DNA from: Octopus sinensis
Taxonomy: Eukaryota
Length of the DNA: 25,851 nucleotides
Reading direction: 5' to 3'
NCBI RefSeq assembly: GCF_006345805.1
Contig: NW_021825113.1
Span: 1-25,851 of the forward strand
The notes under the pieces were generated by a model. It had not been told where the DNA came from and made no database searches. It worked only from the letters and a program-made list of their open reading frames with translations. Positions 1 through 9,776 of the stretch are shown here, piece after piece (within the stretch, counting starts at the first letter, position 1; each line of letters opens with the position of its first letter). Position numbers and translations under genes: made by a program.

Positions 1-51
<51 letters not shown>

Positions 52-113
52 TGTGTATTTTATATATATTATATATATATTACATATACTATATATGTGT
101 GTGTGTGTATATA

Positions 114-988
114 CGAGGTCTGATCACTAAGTATCCAGACTGTTGCCATAGTAACGAAGCTAATACACGCAGAGTAAAGCTGCTTGGCAAAGACTGACGT
201 GGAACTCTGCTGTGCATGTGCACTAAGTTTTAACATTCTAGCTCATTTCGGCTTTTACAGCAGTGCTTGGAAGGAAGATGTGTAGCGTGTGATCGTTGCT
301 TTGACCATGGCAGAGAAAGTTGTCATGGTGATACCTGCTCAGGGGCCTACGCAAAGTTGCCGAAAGTGTTTGGTGAGGAGTGTGAGAGCCACACACACGC
401 GTATGACTGGTTCAGACATTTCCAAGATGGCCGAGAAATGCCGATATTTACGAACGTTCTGGCAGAACTGAGAAAAACATCGCAGATGTGCGTGCAGCTG
501 GAAAGGGGAAATCGTCGAATCCCCATCCGTGAGTTATCAGAGGATGTGCAGATTACTTACGGTTCAGTTCAGCCCATTATCACTGAAGATTTGGGTACGA
601 GACGCGTGTCTGCCAAATTAGTGCCGAAACTGCTTTCAGCAGACCGGAAAGACACTCGGGTTTCAGTTACACAAGATTTCCTTGATCGTATTGAGAACGA
701 TAAAAAATTTTTGAAAACTTTGCCGGTATCACCAAACTTTTGGCAAAATTTGATGCAGATTCTTTGCTCAACATTCTCTGTCATGACCAATGCGACGATC
801 ACAACGCGACACACGTTCCTCCAAGCACTACTGTAAACAGCGGAAGTGAGCTAGAACATCAAAACCTAGTGCGCGTGCACAGCAGAGTTCAGGGTCAATC
901 TGTGCAAGCGGTTTTTACTCTGCGTGCTTTAGCTTCGTTACTATAGCAGCAGTCTGGATATTTATTGATCAGACAACGTATGTATCTT
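114..988 (+). mobile_element. Tc1/mariner-derived foldback (MITE-like) element with long inverted arms
   Basis: Left terminus cgaggtctgatcactaagtatccagactgttgccatag (114-151) matches the reverse complement of 941-988. TA dinucleotides flank both ends (112-113, 989-990). The inverted similarity extends about 250 bp inward and includes the transposase start. Confidence 0.9.
296..719 (+). pseudogene. Mariner transposase N-terminal fragment (HTH DNA-binding region), decayed
   Basis: Translation YAKLPKVFGEEC..YDWFRHFQDGRE..IRELSEDVQITYGSVQPIITEDLGTRRVSAKLVPKLL..FLDRIENDKKFLKT is typical of mariner transposase. It stops just before the first catalytic motif (ITGDE). The inverted arm encodes MTENVEQRICIKFCQKFGDT on the minus strand. 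Confidence 0.88.
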
Positions 989-994
989 TTACTT

Positions 995-1168
995 GTTTCA
1001 GTCATTTGACTGCGGCCTTGCTGGAGCACCGCCTTTAGTCGAGCAAATCGACTTCAGGACTTATTATTTGTAAGCCTAATACTTATTCTATCGGTCTTTT
1101 GCCGAACCGCTAAGTTACGGGGACGTAAACACACCAGCATCGGTTGTCAAGCGATGTTGATGGGGACA

Positions 1169-1200
<32 letters not shown>

Positions 1201-1392
1201 ACATACACATTATATATACAATATACATATATACGACGGGCTTCTTTCAGTTTCCGTCTATTAAATCCACTCACAAGGCTTTGGTCGGCCCGAGGCTATA
1301 GTAGAAAACACCTGCCCAAGGTGTCACGCAGTGGGACAGAACTCGGAACCATGTGGCTGGTAAGCAAGCTACTTACCACAGAGCCACTCCTG
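995..1392 (-). mobile_element. tRNA-derived SINE, family C (CORE-like body, internal CA/TA microsatellite, tail ending ...gaaacaagtaaaaga)
   Basis: Reverse complement reads caggagtggct..ggtaagtagcttgcttacc (tRNA-like head), accttgggcaggtgt (CORE-like), then the same tail as copies at 3181, 3724, 12856, 18973, 19759 and 24926. Confidence 0.88.
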
Positions 1393-1488
1393 TATGTATA
1401 TATGTGTGTGTGTGTGTGTGTGTGTATGTGTGTGTGTGTGTGTATGTATATAGGTATGTATGTATATATATACATGTACATATACATA

Positions 1489-2725
1489 TTGGGTCATCCC
1501 ATAAATAGTGTGGTTTTTTATGCTTATATTTTTCAAAATCAAGATAAATAAAGTTCTTTTTTAATCTAAAATATACTCTCCTTCATTTCCTAAAATGCTT
1601 TCCCATCTATCTGGTAGACTTGCAAGGCCCCTCTTCCAAAATTCCCCTTGTCTGTGACGAAAAGTACTCCACCAGTATAGTTCTGACCTCGTCTACAGAA
1701 TTCATATTTTTCCTGTCCAAATGATTTTGAAGACTGCCAAATAAAAGATAATCATATGGGACAATGTCCGGTGAATATGGTGGGTGGGCATCGTTTCCCA
1801 TTCAAAATGCTCCAGCCTTTGGAATGTCATCCTCGCTGTACGTGACTGGGCATTATCCTGATGGAATAACACCCTTCGTCTTGAAAGCAAAGATGGTTGT
1901 TTTTCTCCTAGCGCTAACTTAAGTAGTAGATCGCCTTTGTTATCGTTTAGTTTGGGTTTAAAACTTCAAAGTGGACTAAACCTTTCATATCCCACCTTAC
2001 GTGGGTGAAGACCTTCTTCAGCTTTGGGTGCCGGTATTTCTCTTTTCCCTACCCACTGTCTTCGGCCCTTGACGTTTCTCGTTACCAGTCACTATTCGGT
2101 CCATAAAAAGTTCATTCGTGAGACGTCACAGCAAGGAAGAGCGCGCATTCACTCTCTGCGCGCGATTAGACTCGGAAAGTTTGTGAGGAACCCATTGACC
2201 CAATTTGCTGACTTTTCCGATGACACGCAGGTGTCGATGAATGGCTGAATGGCTAAATCCAAGCTTCTCTGGTAGTCTCTCAACAGTTACGGTGGAATTT
2301 TGTTCCACCGGGGTTTGCAGGATGTCCTCGTCAAGCTCTACAGATCTTCCAGCATGAGGCTCGTCTTTTAGGCTGTAGCTTCCGGCTTGAAATTTCTGGA
2401 ACCACCGTTGACACTGGTTTACGCTTATTGCCCAATCCACATCTACTGCATTAATATTCCTCGCGTTTTCCATTGCATTGTTGCCTTTATTGAAGTCATA
2501 AAGCAAAATATGACGAATATGCTTCTTTAACACTTCCATTATAGCTTTGAAAAAAATAAAACTGTTAAAATCGAAAAGCACTCTTCAAAACTTGCACTAA
2601 GAATAAGGACAAGGTAAAATTACTGCCTGCTTTTATAGCAAGTTGATGCAGGTAGTTTATCCCGTCCCATTCCGACTTTTAGTTCATGCAATTGAAAAAT
2701 CCGCATTATTTATGGGATGACACAA
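1489..2725 (-). mobile_element. Near full-length decayed mariner transposon (~1.24 kb)
   Basis: TIRs ttgggtcatcccataaatagtgtggtttttt (1489-) and gaaaaatccgcattatttatgggatgacacaa (-2725), TA on both sides, and transposase remnants inside. Confidence 0.93.
1607..2536 (-). pseudogene. Mariner (SETMAR/Mos1-like) transposase pseudogene
   Basis: Minus-strand fragments: MEVLKKHIRHILLYDFNKG..WFQKFQAG..WVPHKL, IVTGNEK (first catalytic D changed to N), FHQDNA, and HPPYSPDIVPYDYLLFGSLQNHL. These are broken by frameshifts and small deletions. Confidence 0.92.
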
Positions 2726-2785
2726 TATATATATACATATATATATTTTTTTTTTTAAATTAAGGATAAAATCTTTATAAGAAAT

Positions 2786-3048
2786 TATCAGTAGTTAGCT
2801 TGAAAAACCTCGTAAGAGAAAAAATCTGTAAATTTTTCCACTTTGAAAATATTTATTTATATTATATAGAGGGTACTATTATTCATAGGTACCGCACGCT
2901 AGGAGGGACCTTTGCAGTCAAAATTACTAAAATAAACAAATTGTAACTTTGCATTCGGTACAATTTGTTTATTTTAGTAGTTTTGACTACAAAGGTCCCT
3001 CTTAGCGTGCGGTACCTATGAATAATAGTACCCTCTATATAATATAAA
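2786..3048. repeat. Near-perfect 90-bp-arm palindrome (2856-2945 / 2959-3048), part of a repeat family also present at 9000-9178
   Basis: Arms differ at about 3 positions and enclose a 13-nt loop. The left arm plus its 70-bp extension aligns by eye with the reverse complement of 9020-9178 (gtagttagc..gaaaaacctc..cacgctaggagggac). Confidence 0.85.
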
Positions 3049-3180
3049 CATATATATATAGATATATATATATATATTATATATATATTATATATAATGT
3101 ATGTATGTATGTATGTATGTATGTATGTATGTATGTATGTATGTATAGTATGTATGTATGTATGTATATATATATATATA

Positions 3181-3664
3181 GGCGCAGCGTGCTGTGTTGT
3201 TAAGAAGCTTGCTTCCCAACCGCATGGTTCTGGGCTCAGTCCCACTGCGTGGCTCCTTGGGGGAGTGTTTTCTCTACCACACCCTCGGGCCGACCAAACC
3301 CTTGTAGTGGATTTGGTAGACGGAAACTGGAAGAAGCCCATCGTATATATATATATATATACATACATTATATTATATATGTCTATATATATATATATAT
3401 ATATAGTATATATATATATATTATATATATATATGTTTGGTGTGTGTGTGTTGTGGTGTGTGTGTGTCCAACATCGCTTGACAACCGATGTTGTTGTGTT
3501 TACGTCCCCGTAACCTAGCGGTTCGGCAAAAAGATTCGATAGAATAAGTACTAGGCTTACAAAGAATAAGTCCTGGGGCTGATTTGCTCGACTAAAGATG
3601 GTGCTCCAGCATGGCAACAGTGAAATAACTGAAACAAGTAAAAGAGTAGAAGAGTAAAAGAGTA
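3181..3664 (+). mobile_element. tRNA-derived SINE, family C, full length with expanded internal (TA)n/(TG)n
   Basis: Head ggcgcagcgtgctgtgttgttaagaagcttgcttcccaacc, body cgggccgaccaaaccc..ggtagacggaaactg, tail ..ctccagcatggc..gaaacaagtaaaagagtagaagagtaaaagag. Confidence 0.88.
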
Positions 3665-3723
3665 TATATGCATATATACATATATAGGTGTGCGTGCGTG
3701 TGTGTATATACATGCATATATCA

Positions 3724-3875
3724 TAGGCACCTTGCTCCAAACAACATTGTTCCAGGTTCAATCCCATTGCTTAGCACTTTGGGCAATTGTCTTCTATCAT
3801 AGCCTTTGGTCAACCAAAGCCTTGTGAACGGATTTGGTACACAGTAACTAACAGAAGCCTGTTGTATATATGTAA

Positions 3876-3923
<48 letters not shown>

Positions 3924-4175
3924 CTGCGTGTGTGTGTGTATGTCTTTGTGTCTGTGTTTGCCTCCCCACCCCAACCAACGCCTGACAACCGATGTTGTTG
4001 TGTTTACACACCCCCACCCCGAAACTTAGCGGTTCGGCAAAAGAGACCAATAGAAAAAGTACTAGACTTACAAAGAATAAGTCCTGGTGTGGATTTGTTC
4101 AACTAAAAATCCCGTTAAGGCGGTGCTCCAGTATGGCGGCAGTCAAATGACTGAAACAAGTAAAAAGTAAAGAAT
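3724..4175 (+). mobile_element. tRNA-derived SINE, family C, older diverged copy
   Basis: Same head/body/(TG)n/tail order as 3181-3664, with more substitutions. Confidence 0.82.
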
Positions 4176-4265
4176 AATATATATACACACACACACATAC
4201 ACACACACATGCACACACACACACACACACGCACACACACGCACACACATTTATATATTCATATA

Positions 4266-4276
4266 TACACATATGC

Positions 4277-4361
<85 letters not shown>
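4266..4361. repeat. (GATA)n tetranucleotide microsatellite
   Basis: Uninterrupted agat repeats. Confidence 0.97.
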
Positions 4362-4362
<1 letters not shown>

Positions 4363-4647
4363 GCATAGGTTGGTCTCGCAAGGCCATGTATCACCGCTTG
4401 AAAGATTTTGTGTCAGCTACTGAAGGCGTTTACTGTGGCTGCACAGTCCCACATGGGAGTGGCAGTCACGCATGGAGCGACTGCATTTGAAGAAGCCCTC
4501 CACCGGCGCTACCGACAAATATTCCCAATCCCTGATTCCGAAGTGGGAACTGCAGCAACGTGAAAAGAAGTGTTTGGTTCAAGAACACAACGTGCAGCCG
4601 GATGTGAGAATTGAACTCACGTGAGTGCAACAGCCTAACAACTAGAC
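4361..4647 (-). mobile_element. tRNA-derived SINE, head B with CORE-like segment and a distinct tail
   Basis: Minus strand reads gttaggctgttgcactcacgtgagttcaattc..gttgtgttcttgaaccaaacacttcttttcacgttgctgcag, homologous to the heads at 5170-5305 and 13190-13304. The remaining 180 bp differ from those copies. Confidence 0.7.
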
Positions 4648-4971
4648 CCCCCCCCACACACACACACCATGTATGTATCTATGTACGTATGTATTTTAAA
4701 AAATACAAATAAGAATGGCATTTCTTATAATTGTTTTCCACTTTAATGATTAGATATTTACAAATCGTTAGGGTTACGTTACGATTTGTAAACATTTAAT
4801 CATTAAAGTGGAAAATAATTATCAGAAATGTCATTCTTATGTCATTCTTATGCATTGTTTTTCTTTGTCTTTTTGCTTGTTTTTTGTCAATATACACCAC
4901 TGTACCAAGGACTTTCTATTACTGTATCCACCATATGTATGTATGTATGTATATATATATATATATATTTT

Positions 4972-5304
4972 AAGACCCCCTTCGGTCATGAATGACCATG
5001 GGATTGCACCTAGAAAGTTACCCTCCTAGACACAAGTCCGGGCAAGGTTGTTTATGGAAGACCAGCAGTCGCCCATGCATACCAGCCTCCCCTCTCCACG
5101 CCACCAGTGTTATCCAAGGGAAAGACAAAGGTCGATACAGCTTGGCACCAGTGACGTCGCAACTCATTTCTACAGCTGAGTGAACTGGAGCAACGTGAAA
5201 TAAAGTGCCTTGCTCAAGAACACAACACGCAGCCCGGTCCGGGATTCGAGCTCACAACCTCACGATCGTAAGCTCGACGCTCTAACCCTGAGCCATGCGC
5301 CTTC

Positions 5305-5305
<1 letters not shown>
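4972..5305 (-). mobile_element. tRNA-derived SINE, head B, CORE-like, complete with its own tail
   Basis: Minus strand: gaaggcgcatggctcagggttagag (A-box-like), gagctcgaatcccgg (B-box-like), gtgttcttgagcaaggcactttatttcacgttgctccag (CORE-like), tail ending catggtcattcatgaccgaagggggtctta. Confidence 0.88.
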
Positions 5306-5307
<2 letters not shown>

Positions 5308-5403
<96 letters not shown>

Positions 5404-5431
5404 TATATATATATAATATATATATATATAG

Positions 5432-5468
<37 letters not shown>
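5308..5468. repeat. (TA)n microsatellite
   Basis: Long TA run with few interruptions. Confidence 0.97.
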
Positions 5469-5470
<2 letters not shown>

Positions 5471-5503
5471 TGAGAAAGTTGGTGTGTGAAAGCACGTGGT
5501 TGA

Positions 5504-6678
5504 ATATATAGAAAATAGTAAAAAGGGAAAAAAACTACAGAAGGCTTGTTTTAAAAGATTAAAAAATATATATTTGAGTCAATATGTCTGAAGAATGTTA
5601 GAAATTTTTTCCTTACAATGACATAGTTTTTGAAGAAATGACCGGTTTCTATGATGTGAGAATTGAACTCACGTGAGTGCAACAGCCTAACCGCTACACC
5701 ACGCACCTCCACACTCACACACACAACGCACATACTCCTGTATGTATCAACACAACAACACACCTTCCCCGAAAATACTACCTTACATATCCACATACAA
5801 CCCCAGAAACAAAGAAGCCTTCACCATCATCACCCAGAATTTACCAATACTTCATAAGGACCCCAAATTAAAGGAAATTCTAAACATACACCAAATCATT
5901 AAAAGCTACAAACAACCTAAATCACTTAAAAAGATTCTCACGAAGGCAAAATTGTTTTCTGAAATTACGGATGCAAAAGTTAAAAAATGTGGTAGACCGA
6001 ACTGTGCAACATGTCCAAACCTGCTAGAAGGATCAGAATTCCTCTTCAAAGTGGGACAGAAATTCAAGATCAAATCTAATTTTACTTGTGCCTCTGAAAA
6101 CAATTTATGTCATAAAATGCTCGGGCTGCCCCCAAGACTACGTGGGGTCCACGGGACTATCACTCAGACGTAGATGCACACTGCATCGACAACAGATTGC
6201 ATTCCCAGAATACAGAATGATACCCTTTAGTGAGCACATTGAGAAATGCGCAAAGCAACTACTACCACAATTTTTAATCTTTCCATTTTACCAATGTGCT
6301 ATCGGAACACCAACACAAATTAGACTAAACAAGGAAACATTGTTCATTGAAAAATACAAGCCCAAACTTAACCATTCCAGCATACTTATACAGAGAAACT
6401 CACACCAAAAGAAAGGCAAAAAATTTTAAGCGATTATCTCCCTTACACCGGAAGAAATCACTTATGACCTCCCCTTATCTGAAACTCCCCTCAACGTCAA
6501 CATAACGATGTAAGAAATTTAAAAAAGCTGAACGCGAAACCGGTCATTTCTTCAAAAACTATGTCATTGTAAGGAAAAAATTTGTAACATTCTTCAGACA
6601 TATTGACTCAAATATATATAAATTTAACCTTTAAACAAGCCTTCTGTAGTTTTTTCACTTTTTACTATTTTATATATA
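5504..6678 (+). mobile_element. 5'-truncated Penelope-like retroelement with inverted 5' copy of its 3' terminal segment
   Basis: Contains a GIY-YIG ORF. Region 5504-5649 is the reverse complement of 6536-6678 (about 145 bp, high identity), an inverted pseudo-LTR arrangement known for Penelope-like elements. Confidence 0.9.
5742..6429 (+). pseudogene. Penelope-like ORF C-terminus: RT thumb/linker, Cys-rich linker and GIY-YIG endonuclease, one frameshift near 6100
   Basis: Frame 1: LPYISTYNP..LHKDPKLKEIL..SYKQPKSLKKIL..KCGRPNCATCP..SNFTCASEN. It continues in another frame as IYVIKCSGCPQDYVGST..LRRRCTLHRQQI..FSEHIEKC..RLNKETLFIEKYKPKLN (GIY-YIG with catalytic R/E and terminal LN motif). Confidence 0.92.
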
Positions 6679-6679
6679 T

Positions 6680-7227
<548 letters not shown>

Positions 7228-7241
7228 ATATATATATATAT

Positions 7242-7538
7242 ATCACCGAGATACCGTGACGACCAGGCAATTATATGTTACTAATCATCGCTGGTCACAA
7301 TGCGCTTCGCATTGTTTTAGCCTTCAAATGATGCCACCCCGCTGGCTAAGCGAGCAGGCCAACAGAAGAAAGAGTGAGAGAAAGTTGAGGCGAAAGAGTA
7401 CAGCAGGGATCGCCACCACCCCGTGCCGGAGCCTCGTGGAGCTTTTAGGTGTTTTCGCTCAATAAATACTCACAACGCCCGCTCTGGTAATCGAAACCGC
7501 GTGTCTGTTGCCCTAACCACTGGGCCATTGCGCCTCCA
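7242..7538 (-). mobile_element. tRNA-derived SINE, head A plus tail X
   Basis: Minus strand starts tggaggcgcaatggcccagtggttagggca..ggtttcgattacc, the same head and body as 20693-20885, followed by tail X. Confidence 0.85.
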
Positions 7539-7940
7539 CACACACGCGCGCACACACGCACACACAAACAAATACACACACACGTATATATATATGGCTA
7601 TTTGTGACATCTATGGCTGAAAATTCACTGTTACTCTATATTTGGTTCACAGTGAAATTCAGCTGGTATGTAGCGACGGGGCACCTGTCACTGATAACGC
7701 AGGGTACACTGAAACTACGTGATCTGGAAGTTCTGGCACCCGTACCAAACGGTTCTCGTCTCTTAACGGTATAAGTGTGCTCTTAGCACCGTGCATCTGT
7801 TTTAGATGTGCTCTGCGAGCGAAGACCGCGGCCGTCAGCGTTGTAATAATGCATCCACATCGAGAAGGATATTAAAATGATCCCATATGTGTGTACGCGC
7901 ACGCGTTCATGCGTTCATGCGTGCGTGCATGCGTACAAAT

Positions 7941-8048
7941 ATCACAAGATCAGACTGTTAGGTGCTGTTATACCTCTTTGGTCACAAGGCGCTTTGCTTT
8001 GTTTTGGCTTTCGAATGATGCCATCCCGCTGGCAAGGCGAGCAGGCCA
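7941..8048 (-). mobile_element. Diverged solo tail module X
   Basis: gtcacaaggcgctttgc..tcgaatgatgccatcccgctggcaaggcgagcaggcca matches tail X and ends at the same boundary next to (TA)n. Confidence 0.7.
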
Positions 8049-8231
8049 CAATATATATATATATACAAATATATATGTTTAACTGTACCTATTTATGTAC
8101 ATGTAAAGGTGTATATACTATGCTTATGTATATATATATATCTGTATGAATGTATGGATATATATTTATATATATTAAATTGTACATGTATCCTATTTCA
8201 TGTATATATTTATATTTTGAAAGTACTTTAT

Positions 8232-8359
8232 AATCTCTGACGAGGACTATGGATATATATGAGTACCCCATTATTAACTGCCTACAACCTAAATATAATT
8301 GACAAGTATAGGCACAGAAAATTACTTTTTTCCATAGGCTGAAACAGCTGTAAGTGATT
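8232..8359 (+). ncRNA. Type I hammerhead ribozyme fold with extended stem II
   Basis: Stem I 5' aatct, core CTGACGA (8237-8243), stem II ggactatgga/tccataggct (8 WC + 1 GU + 1 mismatch, 77-nt insert), GAAA (8341-8344), palindromic stem III ac-agct-gt, cleavage triplet GTA (8350-8352), stem I 3' agtgatt (bulged). Confidence 0.75.
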
Positions 8360-8723
8360 TTAATGATTCTAACAATTTATATTAATGTTTTTTAATAACT
8401 ATTTGTATTCTTATCTTAAATATATTGAATTTTATACTGTATATATGTATGTTAGTATGGTTCTAGTTTTGTTAATTAGATAAGAAAACATTCTAATATC
8501 CTAAAGCTGATAAACCAACTAATGTGTTTCTCCATTTTCTTATTTGTAATATAAATTAATGGTAAAAAATTTCTTTACTTTCACCCATTTAATACAATAA
8601 GTGAGTTTATTGCATTGCAATTAAAAACACTTATGTATTAATAATTTAAGTAGTATACCAACAGTATATTGGATGAGTATTATCCCTTAGTGGGTTGGAT
8701 TCACAACCCCTAACTTATTTGGT

Positions 8724-8777
<54 letters not shown>

Positions 8778-8879
8778 GTGTGTGTGTGTGTGTAAGAGCC
8801 CGCCTCTTACATAGATATATAAGTGTGAACAATTCTATGCACTACACTGGATACATATGGTGTTTGTCTGGTATGTTGA

Positions 8880-9178
8880 TTTTTCTTTCATTTTTATGTC
8901 TTGATTATGCTTGCACTGAAGATTAAAAAGTGCATTATGTGCCCTAATTATGAAATCATAGGATTTGCAGCTGAGTCTGTTTTTAAAAGGTTCGCTTCGA
9001 GAGTTGCATTCCCTCGCGTTCGGTAGAATGTGTTTTTTATGGTAGTTTTTTTTACTTTAAGAGTCCCTCCTAGCGTGAGGCATTTATGTATAGTAATTCC
9101 CTTAATATAAATAATATATTTAAAGGAAATAATTAATAAATTTTCCCTTATGAGGTTTTTCACGCTAACTACTTGATA
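8880..9178 (+). mobile_element. Probable Penelope-like terminal (pLTR) remnant carrying the 8911 hammerhead
   Basis: Hammerhead followed by an AT-rich segment homologous to the 2786-3048 foldback. The element class is inferred. Confidence 0.45.
8911..8970 (+). ncRNA. Degenerate type I hammerhead ribozyme fold
   Basis: Stem I ttgca/tgcag, core CTGAAGA (8916-8922), stem II with 9 of 13 pairs retained, GAAA (8952-8955), stem III atc-atag-gat, triplet ATT. Confidence 0.5.
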
Positions 9179-9469
9179 TCCTATTTTTTAAATCCTATTT
9201 TAAAATTATATATATATATAGATAGATAGATAGGCAGATAGATAGATACATACATACATACATACATACATACATACATACGTACATACATACATACGTA
9301 CGTATGTATGTATGTATGTATGTATGTATGTATGTATTTATGTATGTATGTATGTATATATGTATGTAAAGGTCATGTGTATATATATATATATATATAT
9401 AGTAGCTGAAGGTGACCCGCTCTACGCGCGGGTAAGAGTGTGGGTGTTACTTTCTGTTGCTTCCTTTCA

Positions 9470-9776
9470 GTACGTAAAAAGCACCATCCGAACGTGGCCG
9501 ATTGCAGCACCGCCTTGACTTGCTTCTGTGCCGGTGGTGCGTAAAAAGCACCAACCGATCGTTGCCACTGCGAGCCCCCCTGGCACCAGTGCCGGCGGCA
9601 CGAAAAAAGCACTCACTACACTCACAGAGTGGTTGGCGTTAGGAAGATCATCCACCTGTAGAAACACTGCCAGTTCAGACTGGAGCCTGGTGCAACCTCC
9701 TGGCTTCCGAGACCCCGGTCACACTGCCCAAACCGTGCTAGCACGGAAAACGGACGTTAAACGATGATGATGATGA
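9470..9776 (+). mobile_element. 3' end of an RTE-type LINE (or RTE-tailed SINE) with (GAT)n tail
   Basis: Three acgtaaaaagcacc-like subrepeats, gtggttggcgttaggaag, and terminus gcacggaaaacggacgttaaacgatgatgatgatga. The short tandem-repeat tail is typical of RTE; the family is assigned by recognition. Confidence 0.65.

Noticed and set aside
2883-3767. 294-aa minus-strand ORF and similar long ORFs (13316-14047, 17156-17713, 18184-18788, 21109-21608)
   Set aside because: They read through microsatellites and SINEs (YIYI/HTHT/MYVC repeats lack stops), so they are not genes.
5588-5649. CTGAAGA..GAAA on the antisense copy of the Penelope tail
   Set aside because: GAAA is 10 nt away from the putative stem II, and there is no valid stem III or stem I.
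7701-7735. CTGATAA..GAAACTACGTG as a hammerhead
   Set aside because: The core has G8A, the triplet is GTG (non-cleavable), and there is no stem I.
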